Assembly: GCA_963675495.1 (NCBI GenBank) | Contig: OY776215.1 | Location: 2,336,001 to 2,400,000 of the forward strand | Source of the DNA: an uncultured Methanolobus sp. | Lineage (GTDB): Archaea; Halobacteriota; Methanosarcinia; Methanosarcinales; Methanosarcinaceae | Length of the DNA: 64,000 nt | Reading direction: 5' to 3' | Shown: positions 41,842 through 55,227 of the stretch, in pieces | How positions within the stretch are numbered: position 1 is the stretch's first letter | Layout of the letters: every line of letters starts with the position of its first letter | Notes under the pieces: model-generated | The model's database searches: none | What the model saw: only the letters and a program-made list of their open reading frames with translations | Told to the model about the DNA's origin: nothing | Position numbers and translations under genes: made by a program

Positions 41842-42780
41842 TTAATCTTGCATTTCATAAGATGTTCCTGATTCTAACTGGCATACGGCTCTCTGTACAA
41901 GTTCCTTGCCGCCCATCTGCACTAGTTCATTTCCAAGTATCCTTGCGTATTCCTGATACCTATCAGCCGGGATTACCTCATCAATACGTACATGTTCAGT
42001 GCCATCCAGTGCCAGTACTTCACAACATATACTTATTTCATCATCGTTGATGAAATGTGCAAAGGAGCCTATTGGGGCTGTACATCCTCCTTCTACATCA
42101 GTGATAACTATGCGCTCTACTTCTGTCTCTATCCTTGTTCTCTGGTGATCAAGGTTAGATGTTGCTTCTTCTGCCTCAGTTCCGGCAGGAGTTACCACGG
42201 CGATGGTTCCCTGGTTCGCAGAAGGGCAGAAGAATTGTGGATTAAGACGCTCGACATCCATTTCCCAGCCCATTCTCTGAAGACCTGCTTCTGCAAGCAG
42301 GATGCCATCATAAAGACCTTCTTCGAGCTTTCTTATTCTGGTATTGATATTTCCTCTCAGGTCCTGGACGTGAAGGTCCGGGCGATATCTTAGAATCTGC
42401 GCTCTTCTGCGCATGGATGTGGTTCCAAGTACAGCTCCTTCCGGAAGGTCATCAATTCTGGAACCATCAGTTGTAAGCAGGACATCATAAGGTGAATCAC
42501 GTTTTAACACTGCAGAGATGGACAGTTCCTCAGGCCGGATGGTTGGCAGGTCTTTCATGGAGTGAACCGAGATATCAATTTCGCCATCAAGCATTCTGTC
42601 ATCGAGTTCCCTGACAAATGCACCAACACCAGCTACCTCATGCAGTGGCCTGTCTGTAAAAGTGTCTCCTGACGTTGTGATTATTTTTCTGGTCGTGCTG
42701 ACCCCAAGTTCTGAAAGGAGGCCTTCGATGGTCTCTGTCTGAGCAAGAGCCAGGGCACTTCCACGGGTTCCTATTATCAT
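41842..42780 (-). CDS. hemC: Hydroxymethylbilane synthase
   Basis: IGTRGSALALAQ, VHSMKD, GTTSMRR, LRGNINTR, GGCTAPI. Confidence 0.97.
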   Translation of the reverse strand: MIIGTRGSALALAQTETIEGLLSELGVSTTRKIITTSGDTFTDRPLHEVAGVGAFVRELDDRMLDGEIDISVHSMKDLPTIRPEELSISAVLKRDSPYDVLLTTDGSRIDDLPEGAVLGTTSMRRRAQILRYRPDLHVQDLRGNINTRIRKLEEGLYDGILLAEAGLQRMGWEMDVERLNPQFFCPSANQGTIAVVTPAGTEAEEATSNLDHQRTRIETEVERIVITDVEGGCTAPIGSFAHFINDDEISICCEVLALDGTEHVRIDEVIPADRYQEYARILGNELVQMGGKELVQRAVCQLESGTSYEMQD

Positions 42781-42793
42781 GTTAGTTCACCGC

Positions 42794-44059
42794 TCATTTG
42801 AGGTTTGCTTCATAAGCAAGCAATGTTTTCTCAATATCATCTTCGGTATGTGCAGTTGAAATGAAATTTGTTTCGAATTGTGATGGTGGGATGAAAACTC
42901 CGCTATCAAGCATCTTGAAGAAGAATTTAAGGTATCCTTCCTTATCGCATTTGAGAACGTCCTGGTAGTTCAGTGGCTTGTCGCCAAAGAATATTTTGAA
43001 CATGGACGCAAGACCAACGACATTGTAATCAAGTCCCTTGTCTGCTACTATTTCAGACAATCTGTTTCTCATCATGTCACCGGTGGCATTGAGGTTCTTA
43101 TGAACTTCTTCTTTCTCGAGCACTTCAAGAACTGTAAGTCCTGCTGCAACTGAGGCTGGGCTTCCACTAAAGGTTCCTGCCTGGTACACGCTTCCGGAAG
43201 GTGCTATCATCTCAAGGATCTCCTTCTTCCCTCCGAAAACTCCTATTGGCAGTCCGCCACCGACAATCTTGCCGAGTGTTGTCATATCAGGTGTTACTCC
43301 GAAATATTCCTGTGCTCCTCCCATTGCAAGCCTGAAACCGGTGATCACTTCGTCGAAGATCAGAACTACATCGTTCTCTTCTGTGACTTTTCGTACATCC
43401 TTAAGGTAATTGCCGTCAGGAAGCACAGGGCCGATGTTGCCCATTACTGGTTCTATGATGAGTGCTGCAAGGTCATCCTGATTTTTCTCAATGACTGCTG
43501 TAAGTGCCTCTATGTCATTGAATGGCACCTGAAGTGTATTTTTTGTGAAGTCCTCAGGTATTCCAAGAGAGTCTGGTTTTCCAAGTGTTGTTGCGCCAGA
43601 ACCGGCTTTTACCAGTACTGCATCGTGTGCTCCGTGGAACCCACCTTCTATCTTGATGAATTTATTCTTGCCTGTGAATCCCCTTGCTGCACGAAGTGCA
43701 CTCATGGTTGCTTCAGTTCCTGTGGAAACAAACCTGAGCATGTCTATACTGGGGTACAGTCTTGTTATCTTTTCTGCAAGATTTACTTCAAGCTCAGTTG
43801 GGGTTCCATATAGCCAGCCCTTTTCAAGCTGTGATATTATTGCCTGCTTGATAGTTGGGTTTGAGTGTCCGAGTATATTCGGGCCATATGCAAGACAGTA
43901 ATCAATGTACTCATTACCATCGATATCCTTGATTTTTGAACCGCTTGCCGATTCAGTGTAGAATGGGTATGGTTTGATAGCTCGTACCGGACTGCTGACT
44001 CCTCCTGGAATGAGGGTTCTTGCTTTATTGTATAGATCTCTGGACTTATCTAGTGACAT
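42794..44059 (-). CDS. hemL: Glutamate-1-semialdehyde 2,1-aminomutase
   Basis: [43 protein letters not shown]. Confidence 0.97.
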   Translation of the reverse strand: MSLDKSRDLYNKARTLIPGGVSSPVRAIKPYPFYTESASGSKIKDIDGNEYIDYCLAYGPNILGHSNPTIKQAIISQLEKGWLYGTPTELEVNLAEKITRLYPSIDMLRFVSTGTEATMSALRAARGFTGKNKFIKIEGGFHGAHDAVLVKAGSGATTLGKPDSLGIPEDFTKNTLQVPFNDIEALTAVIEKNQDDLAALIIEPVMGNIGPVLPDGNYLKDVRKVTEENDVVLIFDEVITGFRLAMGGAQEYFGVTPDMTTLGKIVGGGLPIGVFGGKKEILEMIAPSGSVYQAGTFSGSPASVAAGLTVLEVLEKEEVHKNLNATGDMMRNRLSEIVADKGLDYNVVGLASMFKIFFGDKPLNYQDVLKCDKEGYLKFFFKMLDSGVFIPPSQFETNFISTAHTEDDIEKTLLAYEANLK

Positions 44060-44074
44060 ATAAACACCTTGTAA

Positions 44075-45049
44075 TTATTTTAACATTTGAGCCATATCCT
44101 TGGCAAAATAGGTAATTATCATATCGGCACCTGCGCGCTTTATTGACAGGAGGGATTCGTACATGGCCGCTTTCTCGTCGAGCCATCCGTTCTGGGCTGC
44201 TGCCTTGAGCATTGCATACTCTCCGCTGACATTATAAGCTGCAGTTGGGATTTCGAATTCGGTCTTGAGGCGGTATATTATATCTAAGTATGGAAGCGCC
44301 GGTTTAACCATGATTATGTCGGCACCCTCTTCAATATCAAGAGCCGCTTCCATGAGTGCCTCATCTGAGTTTGCAGGGTCCATCTGGTGGGTAGACCTGT
44401 CCCCGAAGCAGCATCCTGATCCGGCTGCATCCCTGAAAGGTCCGTAGAATGATGATGAATATTTTGCAGCATAGGACATAATAGGGGTATTATGAAATGA
44501 GTTATCATCGAGTGCACTGCGGATTGCGCCTATCATACCATCCATCATTCCGGACGGTGCTACCATATCGGCACCTGCTTTTGCATGGCTTACTGCTGTC
44601 TTTCCCAATAGTGGCAGTGTGGGGTCGTTCATTATCTCTTCTGTATCATGATCCACCATTCCACAATGTCCATGGCTGGTGTATTCACAGAGACAGACAT
44701 CAGTGATTACAAGCATGTCTTTGCCAAGTTCACTTTTTATCTCACGAACTGCGCGTTGTACCACATCATCGTCACCCCATGCACTGGTTCCGTCTTCATC
44801 TTTTGTTTCCGGTATGCCAAAAAGAATCATTGCTGGTATGCCAAGATCCGCAGCTTCTTTTGCATCATCTGCTATCTTTTCCACCGGTACATTAAAGACA
44901 CCAGGCATGGATGATACTTCACTGGGCGAGTCGATCGTTTCATTGACAAACACAGGATATATCAGGTCATTGACCGACAACGAAGTTTCGCGTACCAGGT
45001 CTCTTATCTTGCCACTTCTCAGTCTTCTCATTCTGCGCTCGGGGAACAT
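44075..45049 (-). CDS. hemB: Porphobilinogen synthase
   Basis: [41 protein letters not shown]. Confidence 0.97.
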   Translation of the reverse strand: MFPERRMRRLRSGKIRDLVRETSLSVNDLIYPVFVNETIDSPSEVSSMPGVFNVPVEKIADDAKEAADLGIPAMILFGIPETKDEDGTSAWGDDDVVQRAVREIKSELGKDMLVITDVCLCEYTSHGHCGMVDHDTEEIMNDPTLPLLGKTAVSHAKAGADMVAPSGMMDGMIGAIRSALDDNSFHNTPIMSYAAKYSSSFYGPFRDAAGSGCCFGDRSTHQMDPANSDEALMEAALDIEEGADIIMVKPALPYLDIIYRLKTEFEIPTAAYNVSGEYAMLKAAAQNGWLDEKAAMYESLLSIKRAGADMIITYFAKDMAQMLK

Positions 45050-46326
45050 TTTACCATCTCATCCTTAACTTTTGTATTTAAGTTGGATTTATTAACGTTA
45101 AACAATTTACCCACTGCATCCAACAGTTCATCATCGCCTATTTCGGCTGCATATCTCAGGACTTTTGTGGGTTCTGCAAGAATCTTATTTATTATTGAGT
45201 GGGTAAGATCCTCAATTATTTTACTCTCGGTCTCGCCAATCGTGTGATATGCACTCAATTTAGTTACTGCCTTCTCTTTTTCCTGTATGCGGAGCTTGTA
45301 TGATTGTGCATACAGCTCGGATACGAGATAGTCTGCTTTTTGTTGTTTGTACTGTTTATTGAGTAGAGTGAATTCTTCTTCAATTATTTCCTGGGCTTTT
45401 TTAGCCTCTTCCATTCTCAGTTCGAGATTCTTCTCATTGATGACTCTCAGGTTATCTATATTATATAGGGTGACATGGGGTATGTCTGTGATCGAAGGGT
45501 CGATATCCCTTGGATTTGCGATATCTATCAAGAGGATTTCTTTTTCCCTGTAACTCATGGCCTTTTCAACCTGTTCGTATTTCAGGACAAAGTGTGGCGC
45601 ACCTGTTGCACTGATGACTACATCTGCTTTCCTCAGATTCTCGTCTATCTGGTCAAAGTGTACTGCATGTCCTCCCATTTCATCAGCAAGTTCTTTTGCT
45701 GCTTCATACGTGCGGTTAGCAATATACATCAGCTCAATTTCCCTGTGAGAAAGTGCACGTGTGACAAGTGCTCCCATCTCTCCTGTGCCGATAACAAGTA
45801 CCATCTTGTCCTTGAGATTTCCCACTGTTTCCTCAGCAAGGTCTACAGAGGCAGATGCAATTGAAAGTGCTCCACGGTTGATCTCAGTTTCAGTTCTCAC
45901 ACGTTTGCCGACCTGAATCGCTTTGCTGAATGCGGTATCCAACATCTTTCCGGTAGTTCCTAGCTTCTTTGCAACCAGGTAAAGGTCCTTTATCTGGCCA
46001 AGAATCTGGTCTTCTCCTATTATCATAGACTGAAGTCCACTTGCCAGTTTTAACAGATGCATTATGGATTCTTCGTGATCAAAAAAGTCAATAATGTTAG
46101 AAGAAAGTCCCATTTTCTTTGCGAATTGGAATAGAACACTGCTTCCCTTTGGGGAAACAATGTATATTTCCACGCGATTACAGGTCTTAAGTACTACACA
46201 TTCACAGACCAGATCATTGGAATGTAGATCCTTCAGCATATTCTCGATGTCCCCATCCCATGCTTCCTCGATTTCCTCTACAGTTGCTTTGGAATGGGTG
46301 ATCACCATACTGGTTATTTCAGTCAT
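45028..46326 (-). CDS. hemA: Glutamyl-tRNA reductase
   Basis: [27 protein letters not shown]. Confidence 0.96.
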   Translation of the reverse strand: MTEITSMVITHSKATVEEIEEAWDGDIENMLKDLHSNDLVCECVVLKTCNRVEIYIVSPKGSSVLFQFAKKMGLSSNIIDFFDHEESIMHLLKLASGLQSMIIGEDQILGQIKDLYLVAKKLGTTGKMLDTAFSKAIQVGKRVRTETEINRGALSIASASVDLAEETVGNLKDKMVLVIGTGEMGALVTRALSHREIELMYIANRTYEAAKELADEMGGHAVHFDQIDENLRKADVVISATGAPHFVLKYEQVEKAMSYREKEILLIDIANPRDIDPSITDIPHVTLYNIDNLRVINEKNLELRMEEAKKAQEIIEEEFTLLNKQYKQQKADYLVSELYAQSYKLRIQEKEKAVTKLSAYHTIGETESKIIEDLTHSIINKILAEPTKVLRYAAEIGDDELLDAVGKLFNVNKSNLNTKVKDEMVKCSPSAE

Positions 46327-46378
46327 GGGCACCTCATGTTAATATAATAATTCAAGTGGAAGTGGATATGGTACATGT

Positions 46379-47053
46379 TCATCTAACTTTCTCGCTTATT
46401 TTCTTCGTTACTATATCCTGTGCTATTTTAAACCCTTTTTCATAGGATTCTTTCAGCGCAGCCCATACCTTTTCATTTTCAAGTATATCCCACAATATAT
46501 CTTTTCTATCTCTCTGATCAGGAACTTCATTCTTCAGGTACGTCCTCATCTCATCCTGTATCCTAATCATATCTGCAAATTCAGGAGTGATAATTTTCTC
46601 TACCTGCTGTCTTGTGAATCTGGAAAATGCAGGGCTTGATCCTGTTGTGGAAATGCTGATGGTTAGTCCTCCACGCTTAATTACAGCAGGAACTGTTACA
46701 TCTCCAATGGCATCTACTTCATTGGTTAGAATTCCATAAGTTTTTGAAAGATTTACTATTCTTTCGTTTATGCTTCTGTCATTGGTTGCCGGTATCACAA
46801 GAAAAGCTTCTTTTATGATGTCATTTATGTCTGCATCGGTGAGCTTTCCGACATCTGCCCCGATAAGTGTAACATTGTTCTTGCGTTCAAGCTCGCAAAA
46901 AGTATCGGAAAAACTGCGGCTAACAACTGTCACAGGTGCATATGCTGAGAACAGGTTAACTTTTCTTTCTCCAACCGATCCACTTCCAAAAATAACGACC
47001 TTCTTGTCGTTCATATCTATCAGCAGTGGCAGGAAGTGGTTCTTGTCTTTCAT
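46379..47053 (-). CDS. sirC: Precorrin-2 dehydrogenase
   Basis: PLLID...GSGSVGERK, ATND..IN, ISTTGSSP; position in the hem operon. Confidence 0.88.
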   Translation of the reverse strand: MKDKNHFLPLLIDMNDKKVVIFGSGSVGERKVNLFSAYAPVTVVSRSFSDTFCELERKNNVTLIGADVGKLTDADINDIIKEAFLVIPATNDRSINERIVNLSKTYGILTNEVDAIGDVTVPAVIKRGGLTISISTTGSSPAFSRFTRQQVEKIITPEFADMIRIQDEMRTYLKNEVPDQRDRKDILWDILENEKVWAALKESYEKGFKIAQDIVTKKISEKVR

Positions 47054-47113
47054 ATCTCCATCTCCGAGAATAATTGCCTTCTGCTTTTTCTGTAAATTAG
47101 TTAAAGATTGCGA

Positions 47114-47572
47114 TTATAATCTAACTCCAGTTTTCTTGAATTCCCTGTCACTAAAAAGAAGTTTGTAATCTTTGATGTCTGTGGCTTTTGATATCCTTGC
47201 TGCAACCTCATAACATTCTTCACTGGTATATGAGTGCACCATTGTGAAAAGGTTATAATCCCATCCATGGGCTCTTGGCCTTTCATAGCAGTGTGTGACC
47301 TCTGAAAAGCCTGCCATGATCGTTCCTACTTCCTCTGTCCTCTCATCAGGTACGTTCCAGACACACATGGCGTTTGCAATAATTCCAATATCCCTATGGC
47401 CGATGGATGCGCCGAACCTGCGGATGACTTCTTCTTCCTTCATCTTTTTGAGGCGATCGATGATCTGCTGTTCGCTGATTCCAAGTTCACTGGAGATGTC
47501 TGCAAATGGTGATCTTTTAATTGGGATGCCGTTCTGTGTCAGTTTTATTATCTTCTCATCAATGTCATCCAT
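47114..47572 (-). CDS. ahbB: Siroheme decarboxylase subunit beta
   Basis: Lrp-like fold; VTHCYERP...WDYNLFTMVH, EFKKTG. Confidence 0.9.
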   Translation of the reverse strand: MDDIDEKIIKLTQNGIPIKRSPFADISSELGISEQQIIDRLKKMKEEEVIRRFGASIGHRDIGIIANAMCVWNVPDERTEEVGTIMAGFSEVTHCYERPRAHGWDYNLFTMVHSYTSEECYEVAARISKATDIKDYKLLFSDREFKKTGVRL

Positions 47573-47576
47573 TTTA

Positions 47577-48032
47577 TCACCTGATGTTAAATCTGACTCC
47601 TATCTTGAACAGTTTTTTTGTAGGCAGGTCGATGAATTCAAGTCCTGTTCTTTCCTGAAGTTCTTCCAGTATACTGTCTATCCTTTCTCTGTCAGGTGCG
47701 GAGATTGTGAACCAGATATTAAATTTCTCAGGACGGTGGTAGTTGTGGGATACTTCCTGATATTCATTGATGTAACCTGCAACCTCATCCACTTTATCTT
47801 CAGGGACGGTAACCGCTACGAGGGTACTTGTGCCGCCAATTCCTTTGCGGTTGATGATAGGCCCTATTTTTCTGACTGCTCTTTCACTTTGCAGTCTCTC
47901 AAGCCTTTCGATCACTTCGTCTTCACTGATACCCAGTTTCTCTCCCAGCGTTTGAAACGGTTTTGTTTCCAGTGGAAAATCAAATTGTATTGTATTGAGT
48001 ATCTTCTTATCAATATCATCAAGTAATATCAT
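47577..48032 (-). CDS. ahbA: Siroheme decarboxylase subunit alpha
   Basis: IQFDFPLETKPF, VSHNYHR, FNIWFT, FKIGVRF. Confidence 0.9.
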   Translation of the reverse strand: MILLDDIDKKILNTIQFDFPLETKPFQTLGEKLGISEDEVIERLERLQSERAVRKIGPIINRKGIGGTSTLVAVTVPEDKVDEVAGYINEYQEVSHNYHRPEKFNIWFTISAPDRERIDSILEELQERTGLEFIDLPTKKLFKIGVRFNIR

Positions 48033-48037
48033 TAAAA

Positions 48038-49084
48038 TCACTGTTTTTTAGGTACGTATACACAATAAGGCTCTTCTGCCAGATAGTCTCCGGTAGCAGC
48101 ATAGGCACGTGCACGACAGCCCCCGCATACTGTATTATATTCGCACCTTCCACATTTTCCTTTAAGCTTGGAAACATCACGCAGGTCGTTGAATACTTTA
48201 GAGTTTTCCCAGACATCTTTGAAAGTCTTCTCTTTTATGTTCCCTGCCAGTACAGGAAGGTATCCGCATGGGAAAACATCTCCGGTACTTGATACAAAAC
48301 AAAATCCAGTTCCGCCAAGGCAACCTTTTGTCATTGCTTCATAACCGTGTGTCTTCACACTGATCTCAATACCTTCTTTCTCTGCTCTCTGGCGCATTAT
48401 TCTAAAATAATGTGGCGCACATGTGGCTTTGAGCTGAATACCTGCATCCTTCTGCCTGTCGTAGAACCAGTTTAGTATCCTTTCGTATTCTATGGGTGGT
48501 ATCTCGTCATTCTCAAGTTCCTTACCCCTGCCTGTGGGGACCAAAAGGAATATGTGAAGAGCATCGGCACCGAGATCCTTTGCCATTTCAAGTATTTCCG
48601 GGATTTCATCTATGGTGCGCTTTGTGATCGTGGGGTTTATCTGAAAGCTTACTCCTGCCTTTTTCAGAGTTTCTATTCCGGATACTGCGCCATCGAATGC
48701 TCCTGGCATGCAACGGAAGTCGTCGTGGGTCTTTGAACTTGAGCCGTCAAGGCTGATGCTGACCCTCTGTATGCCGGCACTTTTAATCTTCTCTGCTATT
48801 TCGGGTGTAACCAGTGTCCCGTTGGTGGCCATGGCTACACGGAGGCCTTTTTCGGTGGCATATCTCGCGATTTTGAATATGTCTTCCCTTACAAGCGGCT
48901 CACCTCCGCTCAGAATGAGGATGGGATCTCCCATCTCTTTTATCTCATCTACGAAATGGAATGCTTCTTCTGTTGTGAGCTCGCCTTCTGGTTTTTTTTC
49001 AGTGGATGACCCTCTGCAATGTTTGCATGAAAGGTTACATCCTGCTGTTGTTTCCCAGGCTATAAGTCTTGGAGGTTTTACCAT
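48038..49084 (-). CDS. ahbD: Heme b synthase (radical SAM/SPASM)
   Basis: RLIAWETTAGCNLSCKHCR, KATCAPHY, GCLGG; heads the ahbAB-sirC-hemABLC operon. Confidence 0.88.
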   Translation of the reverse strand: MVKPPRLIAWETTAGCNLSCKHCRGSSTEKKPEGELTTEEAFHFVDEIKEMGDPILILSGGEPLVREDIFKIARYATEKGLRVAMATNGTLVTPEIAEKIKSAGIQRVSISLDGSSSKTHDDFRCMPGAFDGAVSGIETLKKAGVSFQINPTITKRTIDEIPEILEMAKDLGADALHIFLLVPTGRGKELENDEIPPIEYERILNWFYDRQKDAGIQLKATCAPHYFRIMRQRAEKEGIEISVKTHGYEAMTKGCLGGTGFCFVSSTGDVFPCGYLPVLAGNIKEKTFKDVWENSKVFNDLRDVSKLKGKCGRCEYNTVCGGCRARAYAATGDYLAEEPYCVYVPKKQ

Positions 49085-49422
49085 AGTTGATCATGAGGTT
49101 TTTTTGTTCGTATGTTTACCTATATATAGGATGGAACTATACTAGTGCACACCCATATTAATACTTGATTATCAGGTAAAATCCGTCAATGTACACATTG
49201 GTTCATACGTGTTCGTTTATTGTTGCAAGGGTTCTTCTTAATGCAAATGAACGGCAAAGGTTAACCTGATATAGAGGTGATTCTTTATAGGCGCGTTAGA
49301 AATTGCATTCGCGATCACATGGATTACATTGTCAGTATATGTCGCATACATATTGCGTTCCCGAATGAGGGTAATGTGTCAATGTCGCAAATGACGAGAT
49401 AATGTCATAATGAGGTGCTTTT

Positions 49423-49803
49423 ATGGATAAAAAACAGAAAACTGTTCTTGCAGTTGCTTTCATTGCCATTGTTGGTTTTGTGGGTCTCTGGAATGTGGAC
49501 CTTTCCCAAGGTTATCCTATGATCTCGGAGTTATCTGAAAATTCCGATAAATACGTGGGACATGACGTTAACACCATGGGTACTATCAAGAACGAAACTC
49601 TGGATATATCCACCGATGGTACTTTCTTTATGCTTCAGGATCTTGAAGATCCCTCTTTTGAAATGCATATTGAATACACAGGCTCGCTCCCGGCTAATGT
49701 GGTAGAAGGACAAAGTATTAGCATAAGCGGGAAAATGGTGTCTGGTGGAATTATTGAGGCGAATAGGATCGTGGTGAGTTGTCCTTCTAAATACTCAGAA
49801 TGA
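49423..49803 (+). CDS. ccmE: Cytochrome c maturation protein CcmE (CxxxY variant)
   Basis: N-terminal TM, YTGSLP, C-terminal SCPSKY. Confidence 0.85.
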   Translation: MDKKQKTVLAVAFIAIVGFVGLWNVDLSQGYPMISELSENSDKYVGHDVNTMGTIKNETLDISTDGTFFMLQDLEDPSFEMHIEYTGSLPANVVEGQSISISGKMVSGGIIEANRIVVSCPSKYSE

Positions 49804-49816
49804 TTGGACGGTATAT

Positions 49817-50686
49817 ATGATACAAATAGAGAGTCTGGAAGAATACCAGCTTATCAAAGAGACCAAGGATGGGATGGTCCGGTCCATGGATGATAAGTCC
49901 CAGATGAAGAAGATGCTTCTTCATATATGTAGTTCCGGTGGTAAAAATATCAGGCCTGTAATGCTGGTGTTATGTACAGAGATGTGCGGTGGCGATTCCC
50001 GGGCTAGTATCAATGCAGCGCTTGCTATTGAATTTATCCATTCTGCTTCTCTTATACATGATGATGTTCTTGACGGTGGTCTTGTACGCAGAGGTGTTGA
50101 ATCAGCACATGAAAAATATGGTATTCCTGCCGCTATTCTTTGCGGGGACTTTTTGATATCTAAGGCTATATCCCTTATCTCCGGGTATGGTAACAATGCT
50201 GTAAATGAATTTGGCAGAGCCGGAATGTATATGGCTGAAGGTGAGACCATTGATATTTCCAGTGTGGATGAAGAGTTCAGGGAAAAAAACTATTATGAGT
50301 GCATCAGTAAAAAAACCGGTTCACTTTTTGCTGCAAGTGCTGCAATAGGCGCGTATGTTGCAGATGCAGACGAAGCCACTGCATTGAAACTAAGGTCCTT
50401 TGGTGAGGCTGTAGGTAATGCATACCAGATCGTTGATGATCTTCTTGAGTACCTTAACAGACTTGAAGATAAAAACTCCACTTATGAATCTGTAACACTA
50501 CCTCTTATTTACCGCAGAGTAATGGACCATGACTCGGCTGTGGAGAAAACACTGGAGCATGTGCGAGATTGTGTGCAGAGTGCAAAAGATATTCTTGCTT
50601 CTTTCCCCTCTTCAGATGCAAGGAATAAACTGGAGCGTATAACTGATCTTATTACAGTTGATATGCTCCCTGGGGACATTCTTTAA
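49817..50686 (+). CDS. Polyprenyl diphosphate synthase (possibly C25 geranylfarnesyl-PP synthase)
   Basis: GGKNIRP, IHDDVLD..LVRRG, KKTGSLF, YQIVDDL. Confidence 0.88.
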   Translation: MIQIESLEEYQLIKETKDGMVRSMDDKSQMKKMLLHICSSGGKNIRPVMLVLCTEMCGGDSRASINAALAIEFIHSASLIHDDVLDGGLVRRGVESAHEKYGIPAAILCGDFLISKAISLISGYGNNAVNEFGRAGMYMAEGETIDISSVDEEFREKNYYECISKKTGSLFAASAAIGAYVADADEATALKLRSFGEAVGNAYQIVDDLLEYLNRLEDKNSTYESVTLPLIYRRVMDHDSAVEKTLEHVRDCVQSAKDILASFPSSDARNKLERITDLITVDMLPGDIL

Positions 50687-50711
50687 TTTTATTCAATTAT
50701 CAGGTGACTTC

Positions 50712-51902
50712 ATGAGGGTTTATGATAAATCAGTAGTCAAAGTAAATGCAAGTACTGAAAACGGAAAAGTGGTTCTTGATGCCGAAGGTCCATTAGCTCC
50801 CGTTGCGAAGCCAATTTTAAAGAGGATCAACAAGATCTTCCTGGAAGAAAAACCGATATGTGCAAACGAGGAAAACATTATATTTTCAACATGGGCTCCT
50901 CCGATGCCAGGTGAGATATTCAACAGGATGATCAGTGCACAGGTGGCTTCTATTTTAAAGAAAAGGATACCTGATCAGTTCTCTATAGGAATTACCACAC
51001 ATTGTCCCTATGATTGTATCCATTGTGGTGCGGCTGACATTGTAGCAGACCCGATTCTTACATACGATGAGATCAATAACGCCATCCAGCAAGCAATTGA
51101 TCTTGGTTCTTACTACATAGCTTTTGATGGTGGGGAGACCTTGCTCAGGAAGGATTTTGCGCAAATGGTTGCACAGGTGGACAAGACTCGTGCGATAGCT
51201 ACCTGTTTCACATCAGGGTTTAGCTTGAACGAACAAAGGGCTAAGGATCTGAAGGCAGCAGGTCTTTTTGCTGCACACATGAGCCTGGATAGCCCGGATG
51301 AAGCTGAACATGATCGTGTAAGGGGGCGTGAAGGTGCTTTCAAGAACACTGTAGATGGCATAGAACACATTGTGAATGCGGGCATTCTTGCCGATCTCTT
51401 TGTGGTTGTTTCTCCTCATAACATCGATGACCTTGATGGTTTCTATAATTTCGCAGCTGATATGGGTATGCAGGAAATGTCTATTTATGAGATCATAGCC
51501 GTTGGTAGATGGATGGATCATGAGGATGAGGTCATTACCTCTAAAGATGTTGATCGTCTTGGCAAGTTCCAGAGTTCAATGAACAAAAAAGAAGAGGGGC
51601 CAAGGGTCACTTCCTTCCCTAATTTTATGGGTCCTGATCAGTTCGGTTGTTTTGCAGGCCGAAGGTGGATGCATGCAACAGCTGGTGGGGATGTTCTCCC
51701 ATGCGCATATACTCCTCTGTCATTTGGAAATATTCGTGAGGAAAAGCTTTCCGCAATATGGGATAGGATGGGGCAGCATGAAGCATACAAATGTTCTGCT
51801 GAATATTGCATGATGCGCAACCCTGAATTTAGGAGCAATTATATCCATAGCATACCCGAAGGAACTCAACTTCCGCTTCGACTCGATAAGTCTATGCATT
51901 GA
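50712..51902 (+). CDS. Radical SAM/SPASM protein of unknown function
   Basis: GGTGA SD; CPYDCIHC, GGETLLR, HDRVRG, GCFAG...GDVLPCAY...GNI. Confidence 0.88.
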   Translation: MRVYDKSVVKVNASTENGKVVLDAEGPLAPVAKPILKRINKIFLEEKPICANEENIIFSTWAPPMPGEIFNRMISAQVASILKKRIPDQFSIGITTHCPYDCIHCGAADIVADPILTYDEINNAIQQAIDLGSYYIAFDGGETLLRKDFAQMVAQVDKTRAIATCFTSGFSLNEQRAKDLKAAGLFAAHMSLDSPDEAEHDRVRGREGAFKNTVDGIEHIVNAGILADLFVVVSPHNIDDLDGFYNFAADMGMQEMSIYEIIAVGRWMDHEDEVITSKDVDRLGKFQSSMNKKEEGPRVTSFPNFMGPDQFGCFAGRRWMHATAGGDVLPCAYTPLSFGNIREEKLSAIWDRMGQHEAYKCSAEYCMMRNPEFRSNYIHSIPEGTQLPLRLDKSMH

Positions 51903-52118
51903 GTTCTAATACCATTTATTAGCTATGGATAATTGGAAACAATACCCAAGGACAACATTAAGAACATTTAATGGCAATCAATTCCTGCCATTTTAATGAT
52001 AAATCATTATCATTTCCTGATTGTTAGCATCCAGAAAACCGAATACTTTATATGTGAGTTAGCAGTAGGAGATGATGATTTATCGAGATAATTAGCAATT
52101 CATCACATGAGGATTAGC

Positions 52119-52437
52119 ATGGCCAAAGAAAAAATCTTGTCGGAAATCAAAGAGGCAGAGGACAATGCACGAAAAATGGTTGACGACGGTATCAAAAGAA
52201 AAAATGACCGTATCGCCAATGCACGTACCGAGGCCAGGGAAATCATTAATCAGGCCGAGGTTGATGCACAGAAATCTGCACAAAGTGCAATGAAATCTGC
52301 AGAAGAGTCTATCAAATCAGATAAAGAAAAAATCATCGAGGATGGGACTAATGAAGCTGGAGCAATTGCCGGTTCAACTTCATCCAAGGTCGATGAAGCT
52401 GTTGAATTAATTGTAAACGAGTTCGAGAGGGCAATCC

Positions 52438-52445
<8 letters not shown>
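52119..52445 (+). CDS. ahaH: A1Ao ATP synthase subunit H
   Basis: Charged helical protein ILSEIKEAE...; first gene of the operon. Confidence 0.88.
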
Positions 52446-54622
<2,177 letters not shown>

Positions 54623-54668
54623 TTTAAGAGCGTGTATTTCGCTCTTAAATTTTCCAGAGGTGTTGAGC

Positions 54669-55220
54669 ATGGGACTTGAAACTGTTGTTAAAGATATCAT
54701 GGATGCTGCTCAGTCAGAGGTTTCCAAATTGGATTCCGAAGCAGATGCAGAAGTTTCCCTGATTCTGGACGAAGCTAAGCAGAATGCTAAACGGATTATG
54801 GGTGAACGTCTCGCAAAAGCAGAAGATGATGTTAAAAAAATCAGGCAGCAAGAAATATCCAGTGCAAATCTTGAAGTGAAGCGCACATTGCTCAATGCAC
54901 GCAAGGAGATACTTGATAAAGTATATGTCCAGGCTGTAGAAACCATATCCACATTCTCTCCAGAGAAAAATGAAGAACTCCTTAAAAGCCTCATAGAATC
55001 CTATGAGTCAAGCGGCAATAATATTTATTCCAACGCTGAATCTGAGGAGATTGTAAAGAAGTTGTCTTCACTTGAATACACTGGCAACATTGATTGTCTT
55101 GGCGGTATTGTTATCGAGAATGAAGACGGTACTATCAGATTGGATTATACTTACGATGGCATCCTTAAAAGCGTGAATGAGCGGTTGTTGAAACAGACAT
55201 CTGATATTTTATTCGGGTGA
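54669..55220 (+). CDS. ahaE: A1Ao ATP synthase subunit E
   Basis: MGLETVVKDI, CLGGIVIENEDG..RLDYT. Confidence 0.93.
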   Translation: MGLETVVKDIMDAAQSEVSKLDSEADAEVSLILDEAKQNAKRIMGERLAKAEDDVKKIRQQEISSANLEVKRTLLNARKEILDKVYVQAVETISTFSPEKNEELLKSLIESYESSGNNIYSNAESEEIVKKLSSLEYTGNIDCLGGIVIENEDGTIRLDYTYDGILKSVNERLLKQTSDILFG

Positions 55221-55227
55221 TTTTTAA

